The notes below the pieces were generated by a model. The model saw nothing but the letters and a program-made list of their open reading frames with translations, had not been told where the DNA came from and made no database searches. The translations under genes and the position numbers were made by a program. This document shows positions 39,201 to 52,471 of a stretch of DNA of 64,000 nucleotides, in pieces. Source of the DNA: Lingula anatina (taxonomy: Eukaryota; Animalia; Brachiopoda). The first letter of the stretch is position 1. Each line of letters begins with the position of its first letter. The stretch spans positions 20,274,001-20,338,000 of the forward strand of contig CM120640.1 in assembly GCA_051362555.1 (NCBI GenBank). The letters are read 5' to 3'.

Positions 39201-42200
39201 GTTAATGGATTTGGAAAACCGTACGTGTTCTATGATTAGGAATTTAGGATGATTAACAAGCAACATAATTACATTTTGATACTAAATTGATAAGTTTTTC
39301 AACATAAGCAAATTTCACGTACACAGAATATAAAACAGGTGGTAACTATCTGTAACATACCCTTTGTTCCATTCGTTGCCTGTATTGGCTGATATGTATT
39401 TGTGTGTATTATGCCGACTGACCATGTATAGGCACTAGCAATTATGCCTTCTGTAGTTTGAGAAATGCTAATTGTCTGACGGAGAAAAAAATTGGAGGAT
39501 TTGTTCAAAGCCAAATTGTTAATCATTAGGCTCTGTAATTAGCTTGTCCATCTCTTTTTTCATTTTGACAGTAAACCCATTCCAATAAGACCTGTTGCGT
39601 TGCATTGTATTGTCCACAATTGATATTTGCCAAGAAGATAACAGCTACACTAAAGGTACATGTAACTTCTATCCATGGCTGACAACTTGCCAATGACCTC
39701 TCCAATATCCAAGGACAAGGGTGGGAAAGTGTCAACAATAAACATTTATATTCACTAGAGTATGTACAACAAGCAAGTGGGCGGGCACCATGATAGAACC
39801 AGCTGCAATGAAATTGGTTCAAACATTCACCATACATCTACACAACAAGATTACAAAGAAACAATAGGGTCTCTGCAAATTAGTTTTTCCTGTTGGGTGG
39901 TGTGATGAATTGGAAACAGTCTGATCAGGATCACTGTGCTGCATAAAAGAAAGTGTCCTTGACCAGGCCTCAGTCGTGCCATAAATTTTTTCAACGTAAA
40001 CCCCCCTCAACATCTAATTGATTGCATTTTTTCCCCAAAATACATGATAGATTGTGTGTCTAGATTTCTGAAAGGCTTTTCATAATATTTCTGACATATG
40101 TGTGACATCCCCATAAACTCCCAGTAATCATGTCTGAACAGATATATACAGTAGATGATGAAGCAGATGGAAGCACAGTAGGTTGATTGCCATACTTTAA
40201 TGCAGCAACTTTTTTGAGAACAATGACAAACCACCCAGAACATATTTCTGCCCACTTTTACATGGTGAGAAAGCTGTCAGTGATGATTTTCAAAATATTA
40301 TTTGCAAATATTAATAAAAAAAATATTTAAAAAGCTAGAAAAAATTTAGAAAAAAAACCTTTAAAACATGAATTTATTAGTTTTAATTGAAAGATGATAG
40401 GGGTAGGTTTGTCCACTTTATGAGGTTATATGGGTGTGCCATAGTACAGCCTGAGGGTCATAAAAAGCAATTTTTGAAGACAAGGAAATTAACTAAAATG
40501 GATTTTCATATTCATGAAGTATTAAAAATATAAAGGTGAAGTCAAATTACCTGTAAAAATTGCATAAAGCTGCTTTCATCCTCAGTTTTGCCTGAGTAAA
40601 TTTAAAAGCGACCATAGGGAGCAATAGACCATTATTTCCTTCATGTCTCCAGCAGTACACACTGTTACTGCATGCTAGGACCCACCAGGGAGGGTATAGC
40701 CCTAGCCTCATGTAACCAGAGGAAAATACACTTGAAGTCAACCAATGCCAATTACTTACTAAATTAGCAAAATATATTCACCTTTTCAAAGAAATAGTCA
40801 ACTCTCCAGGTTGTGCTTATACTATTATTCTTATATATTGAACCTAGCTACTATATTGTTCTCAACAACATATTTTGTTATTGAGAAAAAAGTCATTGGC
40901 ATTGTCAAAGTGGGTTGCATTAATCTAGTATGCAAAAAAAGCTCTTAGAAACTAAGATCAGTCTCCTCCCAAATAATGAAAATGTGGTCAATATAGAGGT
41001 CACTGCTGGCACCAGAAGTCACTCTTATCTTCTGAAACCCTGATGACTTCATGCTTAAGGTGCAGGCCTTGAAATCTAATTATAAGATAACATCATCATG
41101 GCATTGACCGAACTCAAGCATGGCAATATTTTGTGTGGTGGTGTTTTAAGGTACCATACGTAGCTGGAAACAAGTTCAGTGCACACTTCTAATGATGGAC
41201 ATAAAAGGTTCCTCAAACAATAATATTGAGCAAAAATGTTCATAAGCTGGGTAGTTGGAGCTTAGATGAGAATTATTCTACAGAATGAATTTGAGAGAAA
41301 TCCATACACATTCTCAAGGCTGCATTTGGATATTGTTGCACAGAGTGAAGTTGTAGAAACAAATGAATACCTATAAAAGTTTTGAAATTATGAGGGAGAT
41401 TTAAAAGAATATGGTATATTCTCAAGCATGCATTATATCATGATTATGATTAATCATAGCAGTCACAAGTTTTGAATGTCTTATGTGATGAAAAATGAAA
41501 AGATGAAAAGATAATTAGTCCAATATTAACTAATGCAGTCTCCTGACTTAATGACTAAATGAAGAAACTAATCAATGAATTAATAAGTGAATGAATTGTT
41601 GAAGACGAGTCACTTATCAAGTTTTTCTTATATACTCAATAACACTCACAACAAAAAGTTAGTTTATATGTTAAGATCTTTACTACATGAAGCCTCATCT
41701 AACTAAACCAAAAGACTTTTTTTTTTCATTTAGACCTTTCAAAGAAGATGTTATCAGTATCTCTGAAATGCCAGCCAAAGAAGGTAGTCACCTTTATCCT
41801 GAGTAAAATGTATGAAGTTGGAACCTGTTTGTCATTTTTTAAAAATCCTTTGCCAAAAATGCATTTGTAAGGAATTTGCAATGGTGGCCTTTCTGTATAA
41901 AATGCTGAATATCTGAATAACAGTCAGCTGTGCACAAATTCCATATGGTTTTGTCTACCTTTCTCTCTCTTCCATAACCGTGTTTTCTTTTTCCCTATCT
42001 TAATAGTATATCAACCTTATAAATCAAGATTTTGAATGTGTTTTATGTGTTTACCAAAAATTGCATCTCACCTTTTACTTTATAAATTCTGATTTATCCA
42101 TCTAGAGCTAGTACTAAAATCTGCAACTAATGTAACCTTGACAATTTCATTTTTTTATCTTCTGAGAAAAGAATCACTTATTAAAATACATATAAAACAT

Positions 42201-45200
42201 TTTTGCACTTAATTTGAAATGTAATATACTGCATTTCTTTGAAACCTGGTACAAACTCAACTTTATAAAAAAAAGACATAATTAAATTAAATAAAATGTT
42301 CACAATTCCCTGAAAAATGTTATAACAATATTCCTCTGATAGTTCTTCCTCTAAAATAGACTGCTTTCTTTGAGTTAGCAAAAAAATAAAATAATAATAA
42401 TAATAATAAGATTACTTAAAGACTTTGTAAATATGATAAAACTTATAAAAACCTCCACAATCACACTAAAGATCCTTGCAGGGAGTTGTCATGTGGTCTA
42501 GCTACATGTACCCGTGTGACATCTCTTTGCTAAGGGTGAACGACTCAACCAATGCCAAATGGATTTCAGGCAAAAAAAAGAAACATAATAAGCACTACTT
42601 ACCCTGATGTACGTAAGCCGTCTGTATCTTACTTCTGGACCAGGCAATTCACATGATATATCACTATGTTCTAGGACTCCAAGCAGCGTCTCCCTGGAGT
42701 AGGGATGGAAAACACTACATCAGAAATGGCTGTAGTTCCATTATCTCAGTGACCCCACATGGGAGCCTAATAAACATGCATTATTTATAGACAGGTTTTA
42801 ACTACTGTTCAGATCCACAGTGCTGAACAAATGCAGCTAGACAAGGGGGATGCTGAAGCTTAAGTGGAAGCTTTCTAGAGATTTCAGATTGCAATGGAGA
42901 AGACAGGGGTGGGAAATGTGTATTTAAGTGTAACGAGGCTGCAACCTCAGTTGCCATGTTAATCTATACAATTCCAGTCACATGGTCTGAAGGAATTACA
43001 CCAACCACGCAAGCACAAATGCATGTTACACACTACAGTGCATATGTTGCATCTTATCAGGATATTTTCTTCACAGTCTTTTGCCAGACTCCCTTTTCAC
43101 AAAGATTTCTGTTTCTTTTTATGGCTTTATGCTAACTTCCCGTACGTTTTTATAATTGCAGGGGCTAATAGTATGAATAACAATTGGTTCTTTAATTCTC
43201 CCCAACTGCTGACTACAAAATTTCTCATTATGTGTTTTAAGATGGGAATTTATAAAGATCAATACACCAGTTTATTAGATCACAACTGTAGTCCATGTTA
43301 AAAAATATCATATACAGACACTTTGTATACCCAACAACACAGCAGTTTGGTTCTTGAAAACCAATATTCCTTGTGGTATTGCCTTGACAACAAGTGCATT
43401 TCGGAGCACTCAGCACCAATAATCATCGGAAAGACACCACTTTCAAAGTTCTTCCTGATGGATATTTTGCTTATCACTTCTCCAAATGGGATACGCAGAA
43501 GAGTACTCAATACACCATTGAGACCAAATGTTTTTAGTCAGAAATAGATCAGGTTCACACCTCTGATATAGACTTATAGAGTCCTTGGGGTAAAGGTAGG
43601 CCAGCTGATCTTATCCCCTAGCCACTACATATATGTGACAACATAGGGACCAAATTTCAGATATCTACCATGGATTTTTTTCTCTCTGTTCTCTCTGCCA
43701 CAATCTTTGCATTTTTTCCTTAATTGAATTTCTTTATTTCATTTTTCTCTATGAACTCAGTTTTCTGATACAGAGGAGAATGGAAAGTTGAACAAATATG
43801 CATATCTGTCATTTACACAAATTTCACACTAACGACTTCAAACGAAGTGTCGATGTGCATTGATTACATCCAGCTGTGTCAAGCAACCTCATTTGGTACA
43901 CACTTCTGCCATGATTTTCAGAAAAGGGTGTGGGATAGGTGCCAAATCAGAGAGAAAACACTGAGAATGAGAGAGGGGTTTTGATGACAATTTGCACCAT
44001 TTGTAAGATGACTTTGTTGACAGAGTGCTCCCTTACTATTGGTGTGGGAGATTATGGTGTCAGGGATCGTGGTATCGTTCCCTACACCTAAGATATACCT
44101 GAGGCCATTATAAAAATCATGATACACAAGCTATCAGTGTTTTCTCCTCACAAAGCATGCAGAATGCAGAGATAGGATAAAGACCTGGTCATGGTAGTAG
44201 TGGTAACTGTGAATAATTCCTAACACCACAAATGTAGCAGCTTGGGTTATATCCTCCCTAGTGAGGAAAGATCGATATAGGGTTTGAACAGAGCCACGCA
44301 GGCCAGGTGTAAATTGTACAGCTGTGTGATTGGGCTTTAAACTCGGCCTTTACCCTTCACTTTCAGTTAGCTTGGGGTTTTGGGGAGGGGGGGCATATAC
44401 ATCCACTAGTAACAGAGAATAGCAGGTGTCTTGAACACAGAAATAGCAGCAGGATCCATGTGTAGCAATGTAAGTGTTTCAATGTCTTTCAGTCATATAT
44501 TGATCGAGAAGAGGGCTTACTGCATTAACTTGTCAGATGCCTTTAACTTGATGACAATGTAAAGGTGTGTACATATGTAAGGGAATAAATGTGCACATTT
44601 TAAACTGACACTGTTACTTATTTTTGTATGCCATTTTTTAAAAATAAAAACTTAACAAAAATTTATATCTACATCCTTAATATCAGCATACAAAAAATGT
44701 GCTTTTAAAATGAACTTAAGTTCCTCATTGATGGAGAAAAAAATCATGCATACCGTAAAAGCTAGGATGACATTTTAGTGTATGTATAATTTGTGTATTG
44801 TTTCACCTAACTTGATTGTGAAACCAGTGACATTTTGTTGATTTGTCTCCTGCTGACACAGTAGGGACTCCCTGCATTACACTGATTTATGCTATTTGCA
44901 CACTGCATGGGTTAGCTATAGGAGCAAGGGCAATTGGTCTTGTGAAGTGGGAGATTTAAGCTCATTGTAAGTGCTCACTAGAGATACAAGGTCGATTGTG
45001 AACAATTAGTTTCACTGTTTTCAATGTTTGATAGATATGCAGTAATCAGTATATTAGATCAAACTCGACAATGATTCAGTTACTTGAAATGATAAATAGT
45101 GAAGAGTCAAAAGATGAATGGTTCTAATGTTAGGTACTGCATGTTCATCAAAGTGTATGCTTGTCCTCCAATTTTGACTATGACATAAAAATGAATTAAT

Positions 45201-46374
45201 AAAAAAATAAATTATATTACATAAGGGTGACAGATGAAGACAGTTTTGCTGTCTACACTTAATGTACTCTCTCTTTCCAGACATCTACCTTAAATGAAAG
45301 TAAGAAAATATTGTCAATCTTCATCCTGGGTCTATCATCAAGCTACCAAAAATTTTTGAAACCAAAATCTCTAAAATAGTGGCCTATATCACAGGACAAA
45401 AATTTGACCACAAACAAATGCACAAACTCACACATGAGCAAAACAATATACTTGCAATTTTTTTTGCTATTAATAATAAGAAAAAGAAAAAGAAAAGAAA
45501 CTCATGAGAACAAAAGCAATAACTGAACTGCCGACCTTGCAAATGTATCTCAGTGTGTGCCAAGCTTGAAAATAATTGGAAAACCATTACTGAGGTTCAT
45601 CAAAAATTCATGAATGCTTGTATAATGCTCACCAACTTGGAAGTTAAAGGAATCGCAATTGTAAGAAAAATTACATTTCTATGATCACATTTTACCAGCA
45701 AATAACATTTGGTCTTAGATTGCAAAAAAATTAACAGTAGGTTTGGTTATTCATAGCACCCTGATATCTGTCAATTTAGTTTCTATAGGCAAAAAATGTT
45801 GTTTTTCTTTTTAATAGACCCAGTGTTGCCAACTATACATATATGTGCATTCTATGCATTAATTTGGACAGAGTTCTATAGTTTACAGGTGTTATTTTAG
45901 TGTTAAGAATATCTTGGGCAATATATCAGATTTTGCACATGTCATGTACATGTATGTTCGCAATGCTACAGGTACTAGAGGTGGTAACAGTACAGGGTCA
46001 ACAACATTATAATCCTGAAAATGAGGCATTCATCAAATATTCTATCATATTGAAATTTTGACAAAATAACACTGGAAAACATTGAATTGAGACTCTTAAA
46101 TAATTAGAATAAACTTACATGTAAGGTTTACAACTCTGCAGGTGTTGTGACTACAATTTTGACGAGAACAATTCTTTTTTTTGAAAAGCATGTATACTAT
46201 GTTTCAGTTTATGTCGATCTGTCTGTCTGTTCTGTCCAATCATCAGCATGTCTGCCAGTCTGATTAAACGTTTGTCTGTCTGTTCTTCTGTCTGTCTTGT
46301 TCTAATGTTAAGACCACATAAAACCTGTTAAACTTTCTGTACTATAAAAAAGGATAAAAAAAATATAAGCTTAC

Positions 46375-46567
46375 CTTATTTTTGACAGCACATCCAGTGG
46401 GCTCTACATGCACTACTGAAACCATTTGGAACATGAATGCATAACAAAGCAATTATACATAATTATGCAGCAACTCCATCAGATATTTGCTTTAAGAAGT
46501 CCAACACCATAATAATCAATCCATCAACCATGTACAGTTACCGATAATGTTATATATTCAATGATGC
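46375..46567 (-). other. Candidate non-coding 5' UTR exon
   Basis: ttactttccag acceptor and AAG|gtaagc donor; stops in all frames. Splice signals only. Confidence 0.25.
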
Positions 46568-47083
46568 CTGGAAAGTAACATCCAGTTACTATCAGGTCTG
46601 TACACTGTAACAGAATAATGGTTCCATTAAAAAATAACAAGGAGGCATTAATCTTGTTATCTAATTATTTTCATAAGCGGAGCTAATTAAAGGCATTTAA
46701 TATTAATGTTACAAAAAACAATCATTATTTCTTCATAATTTAGACAGCTGAAACAAAAGGATGAATGCAACCCTGTAATAGGTAGTCCCCTTGAGATTTG
46801 TTGCTTAGGTGGTTCTTTGGCAAAATCAAGTTAAATTATCAAAAGCATTTTTAACAAGGCAGCAATGCTATCTAATGAACAGACATAAGGCAGAAAAATA
46901 CACAAAATAGTTTTTTTTTGTCACTTCTAAAGCAATATTACATTTTGCTAATGTGAGCATCACCCAATTTAATTTATTTGGCAAAGGTAACATGGACATT
47001 TTAAAAAAATGTATATAAAATTGGGCTTCAGGACCACGAAAATTCATTTCCACACCTTGAAAATGACATATGAAATATGGACA

Positions 47084-47130
<47 letters not shown>

Positions 47131-47399
47131 AAAAAATATATGATTCTACAAAAAAAGGATCTTATCACTGACAGGCTGTTTTTCCAACTAAAGCTGTATT
47201 TCTGTCCTAGGAATCATTCTTGTAAGTTTGAGGATAGCTCATGGAAGGTGAAAGTTTTATCTTGCCAAAATATGAAAATGAACATTTCACATTCAATAAT
47301 AATAATAATTATAATAGTTATAATAATAATATTAATAATACAATCAATCATGCTGGTTTTCAAGCTTAGCCTGTAATATTCTTTAGTCCTAGAAGTTTA

Positions 47400-47945
47400 A
47401 AGACAATAGGTCAACTGGTTTTCCACTTTATGTGTTATATGTGTTGCACATATGCTGAAAAAAAAAAAAACAAAAACATTTGGAAATTATGTCCAATCAA
47501 TTTGATTTTTAAACTGGACCTGTATTTCACTGATATTCATCAGTCCTGCATGTTTTAAGTTAATTTTGACAGTTTACCTACCACTTACTGTGTTACCTGT
47601 ATTGTATATATGCTGGAAAAAAGTTTTTAAAAAAGGCTTAACTTTTGGAAAAAATGGTGAGATCAAGCTGATATTCAAACTTGACCTGCATTTGACTAAT
47701 ATTCATCATTTCTGTATTTTTGAAAACAAAAGGTCTAACAGTCTTCCACTTAGTGTGTTGTCTCTGAAAGTGCATGGTACCAACGATAGACACAGGTGAC
47801 AGTAATGCATCAAATGTGCGATGTAACCAAATGAGGTTTCTATATGTAATAATTATTGTGAAACATAGATCAGACAGACAGACAGACAGACAGAAAGGCA
47901 GACGGGCAGACACACAATCACTGGCAATAATGGCTCATCCATTTC
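47400..47945. mobile_element. Decayed HINE-like element with (GACA)n tract
   Basis: aacttgacctgc motifs shared with 63575-63800; cagacagaca microsatellite at 47870-47912. Confidence 0.5.
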
Positions 47946-48487
47946 TAAATACTGAAAAAAATTCAAAAACATATCTTAAAATACATTGTTGTATTTCGTG
48001 TGTGATATAAAATCGTGGAGACTAATAAAATGACATGCTGTCAGACTGTGGCATACAATGCTTAATGCCATACACTAATTGACTCAAAAGACAGATTGGT
48101 CTGTGGGGAATATTGAAGCCTTTGATCAATGTGAATTAAATCAAATTTGTCATCTATGAAATAGTGAAACAAAGCATTTTATCCATTACAGTCAAAACCA
48201 AAAAATAATTGCATCATATGAGCAATCTGTAATGTACTGAGCTAAAAAAGGAGAATGCATGAACAGATAAATGGCTTAATTTTAGGGAAGCACAAATTCT
48301 AATGGGATCTATTTCAGTTATTCCGTTTCCTCAATGCAAAATAGAATAATGTGCAACAGCTTGGACAGAAACTATGGTCTGGATTTCTTAAAAGCCTCTT
48401 GCGTTTGGACCATGAAAAACTTTGTGAAGGGGCATGCACTAGCTAGGTTGCACTATATATGTACATTATAATATCTATTCTACATGT

Positions 48488-48628
48488 TACTGTCTAAATA
48501 CACAGCTATAATACACCATATATGTACATGAATATCTGTTCCACACCTTATTGTCCAAATACACAGATATGACACACCATATATATGTACATGAATATCT
48601 GTTCCAGATGTTATTGTCAAAACACACA
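48488..48628. repeat. Tandem repeat, ~2.3 x 61-63 bp
   Basis: ttattgtc.aaatacacag...tatgtacatgaatatctgttcca repeated. Confidence 0.85.
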
Positions 48629-50149
48629 ACAATATGTAAGAAATTAGACAAATTCAACAATGGTCGACTTTCACAATCCATTGTGACAACACAATTATAG
48701 AAGCACATTACAAGATAACTATGTTAAAGGGACAGTTGATGTTATTTTTTCTAAAGGAAATCCATAAAACATATTATTCGGTATCGTATCAAAGTCTAAA
48801 AGATACAGTTTCTTACTCCGTGGATTTGAATATGAAAAGATTGCATGTAACTGTTACCTTGGTTTAAGCTTGAGTCCTTTGATGTGTTTTTGCCTTTTTT
48901 TTTTGTTCCCCAACATTTAACCACCACCCTCCCAAATTCCCCTGTTCAGAGGGAAAATCTGTTCCCCCCCCCCCCCCCACCCCCAAGTAAGATGCATGCA
49001 CTGTCCCTTTGTCAACACAAACTGGTACTGTATATACTTTACACAATATGTATTAAAATGTCTGCTGATTCAATTTATTAACAATGAATCCTACAACATC
49101 ACAGTTTGAAACAACCATTATCATGTAACATGTTACACATTTACAACATTTAAACAAAAAAATATTATAATGGTGTCAACAGTTTGGTCTTAATTTTAAA
49201 AAACAATACCCATAGTTTAGAGTCTTGGATCAAAATTAATATATAAAGCAACAAACAGAACAGAACTTTATTATCAATGTTATTACCTCAGATTCTAAAT
49301 ACTGTGGAAAAATAACAGAGCACACCAACCTTGCACTTCATATGCTCCAGTCTAAAAGCTTCCAGTGGTTTGTGTTGATTGAAAATAGATTCTGAAGATA
49401 TTCATGGTAATGTTCTATTAATGAATTTCTGATTGCACTTTTCCTGTCAGCTATGAGGTAGAAACAATTTGCCCTAGAGTAAAAATAGCAAAGAGGTTTC
49501 TAGCAGACAACAAAATATCTTGCGTCTCAACTTTCTTCTGCTGTTTGATCTATATGCTATTTTAACACTAAATTGTCAAAAATCCTACTTCTAAATGAAC
49601 CAAAGAAAATGTAGCCATGATGATTTTACATTATGGTCTTCACTCAAAGATCTATAAAGAGTTCATAATAAGTTCAATTATAGAAACGATGTTTCAGGTA
49701 AATACGGCAAACTAATTAGGGAATAACAGACCTACAGTTAAAAATGAATACTATGAGTTAACTCTTTTAAATTGCATTCATATAAATGTAGAAAGAAAAA
49801 AGGACTGACAAAGACTCAAATGTGATTGGTTGTACTCACAATATTCTCTGCAGCAATCAGGTTGTCTTCTCTATCACAACCAACAAGAAGGGGGACTGAA
49901 ACAAAAAGTTTTCTTTTGAACCTTCTGGAACATAGCAGCAAAAGTTGGCAGCTTCCTTAAAATCCAGTCCTTGAACATATTAGCACTCAAGACACATTAA
50001 AAAAGGAAAATAATTGCAACATGCAGTCAACTGCAATGAACATGCCATCATAGACATTCTGTAGGTTGATCCAAAATTGACTTCCTGTGATAGATCCAAA
50101 AGAGTAGATCAATAGTGACTTTGCTACTCTATCTCTCTCTCATTTTAAG

Positions 50150-50480
50150 TAAAAGCATGTCAGCTGGAGTAAAAATGATGTGGGTGGATTTACAGACTGT
50201 TTTTTATGTCTTCTGGAAGCCAGTTAAACTTCTAGGAAGATGCCATTCTCTGGAAGAAAGGAAGGATTTTTTCTAGAAAGATGCTATTTGTTTGCTTAAA
50301 AAGAATTGAAATTGATTTGAACAATGATCTTTTGTAGACTATCAGCCCCAGTGGATGGATGTGTCTCTGTGAGAATGGCTTCATAAGTGCTCTGAAGCTC
50401 AATTGTGAGGACATTAAGATGCATTGAATTGATCAATTTCTTCGAGGTAGCATTCAGACATGATAAAGATATTGGAAGTT
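50150..50480 (-). pseudogene. Decayed LINE ORF2 (reverse transcriptase N-terminal region)
   Basis: Frameshifted minus-strand pieces resemble LINE motifs: G-A-D (SPGPD-like), NSIFLEKSF (FNxIW...FP-like), ENGI.PRSLTGF (LxxxQxGFR-like). Boundaries uncertain. Confidence 0.45.
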
Positions 50481-52189
50481 CATGGTTACTTCTTTCACTT
50501 AATATGAGATCATTTGTGAGTCAGCCAGCAAAATATTGCGTACAACAGAGCATATTATTTAATGTCGACAAGTTAATACATATCTTATTTTAATAATCAG
50601 CTTTAAAGATAACCATTGCCAAAACTTCACCCCATATTTTTGACTAAATGAAAAAGAAAATAAATCATTGTAAGTAATGTAGTATATTTCACATCAAAGC
50701 TTAGGAACATAATATGGAGGCATTATTTAAGAAAAACATTGTTTTCGATGTAATTGTGCTGTTTTCAAACCTCTCTTAAACCCCAATTTTTTGTCACAAA
50801 CTTCTAAATTCTGGAATTACAACTGACCTTTTGCCAAGTGTGCCTATCCTCCTAGATAAGATCATGTCCATTGTTTTGGATGTTCCTTTACTTGCTCTCC
50901 TCACAGTTGAAATGTACCAGGTTTATATGCCAAAGTCAGCAAGAAACAACAGCATACGCATTTCTCAAAACCATATCAAAAATAGTCTGTCATATTACTA
51001 ATTACTAGAATTGGTCTTTACAATTAGATCAGCCGGTTTCTTAAGCCAATTACAAATTCGAGCTCACATTTGCTGTCTAGCTGATTTACTTTCTTCTCCG
51101 ATATTACCCTTGTCATAAACTAATCTGAGCTTCTGACATAAAATCCAAGTCTAAATGTCAGACAACTGTCAAAGCAATGAGACATCAAATCTTCTTTGCT
51201 GCTTCATGACTCAAAATTCTGATTAGAACTAGCACTAATGGGATATCACATTGTGGCCTACACGGGCATTTCCATTGGCAGTCTTTTCTATTGAAGCAAC
51301 TCACTGGTATTCCAGAAACAACACTATGCCAGACTAATAAAACAACTAAATACCCTTCTAGAACAAATAAATAACATTAAGTTCCATAAGAACATCTACA
51401 GATTTTCAATTTATCCAAACCAATAAAAAGGCAAAGCCAGGTCAGACAAATGAATACTGAATGTAGCAGAGATAAAGTCCAATATAACAGCGAATAATCG
51501 TCCAATTTACAATCTATCAATATCAATGAAGTGGCAAAACTAGGATCAATGAAGGCCTTTCTATATGGCTAGTACATGTATTACCAAATTTGATATATTT
51601 TTGACAGTCTATTACATGTACAGCATTTGGGTTTGCCTATTTCAGGGCAGCTTGACCAAAGTTTCATTCTGTCATACGAACTTGAATGCCTAAATGCTTA
51701 ATAATGCATGTTCACTGTTCACACAAGGACCAAATGAGACCGAACATTGGCTCATTATAGTGGGGTCCATAAATCTCTCATAATCTCTTAATTCTTCTCT
51801 GATGGCCAATTCACTCAGATGAATGCATGTCAAATAAAGTGTATACTCAATTTTGGGTTAAGTATTTCCTGTGTCTGATCAAAACTATAGATTTTACACA
51901 TATAAAGCAATGCTGACAACACATTCATTTTTGTACAGTCAGCTTGATAGGTCTTTATAATCTGGTAATTATGTGCGTATTATAACCAACAAAAGAGAAA
52001 TGTTCTTCCTCTTCCAATCAGACTTGAAGGATATTACCTAATTTTGTTCCAATCTATATAAAATGAACAGAACTGTTCCAAACAACTGCCACATTGCATG
52101 AAATAAGAATTTTTCTCTGGCAGCTGAAAACCTAGCTAAATTGCCACTGCAAAGAAGGGAAATGATGGTGTTTAATAGCTAACAATGGC

Positions 52190-52388
52190 AGATTAAAGGG
52201 GGGGGGGAGTGTCAGGGGGATCCCCCCCCCTCAGCTTCTGAAAAAAATCATACCAATGGTCACCTCTTGACACAAGAATTTTGACTGGCTGAATCACAGT
52301 TCTAAAAACATACAAAATGGCACCGTTTGCCCTCTAAAATACCAAAATTTTTCGGGCCTTCATCAGGCCCTGAACACCATGCACCATG

Positions 52389-52426
<38 letters not shown>

Positions 52427-52471
52427 TCGTGTTATTCCCCCCCCCTTCAAATTATCCTGGATCTGCCCCTG
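52190..52471. mobile_element. G/C-run-rich non-autonomous element ending cctggatctgcccctg
   Basis: Same terminus as the 15290-15328 fragment (ccccttcaaat.atcctggatctg.ccctg); G32 run at 52394-52425. Confidence 0.55.

Noticed and set aside
38700-40260. Cluster of 60-100 aa ORFs
   Set aside because: No recognisable domains or exon structure; possibly old TE debris but unsupported.
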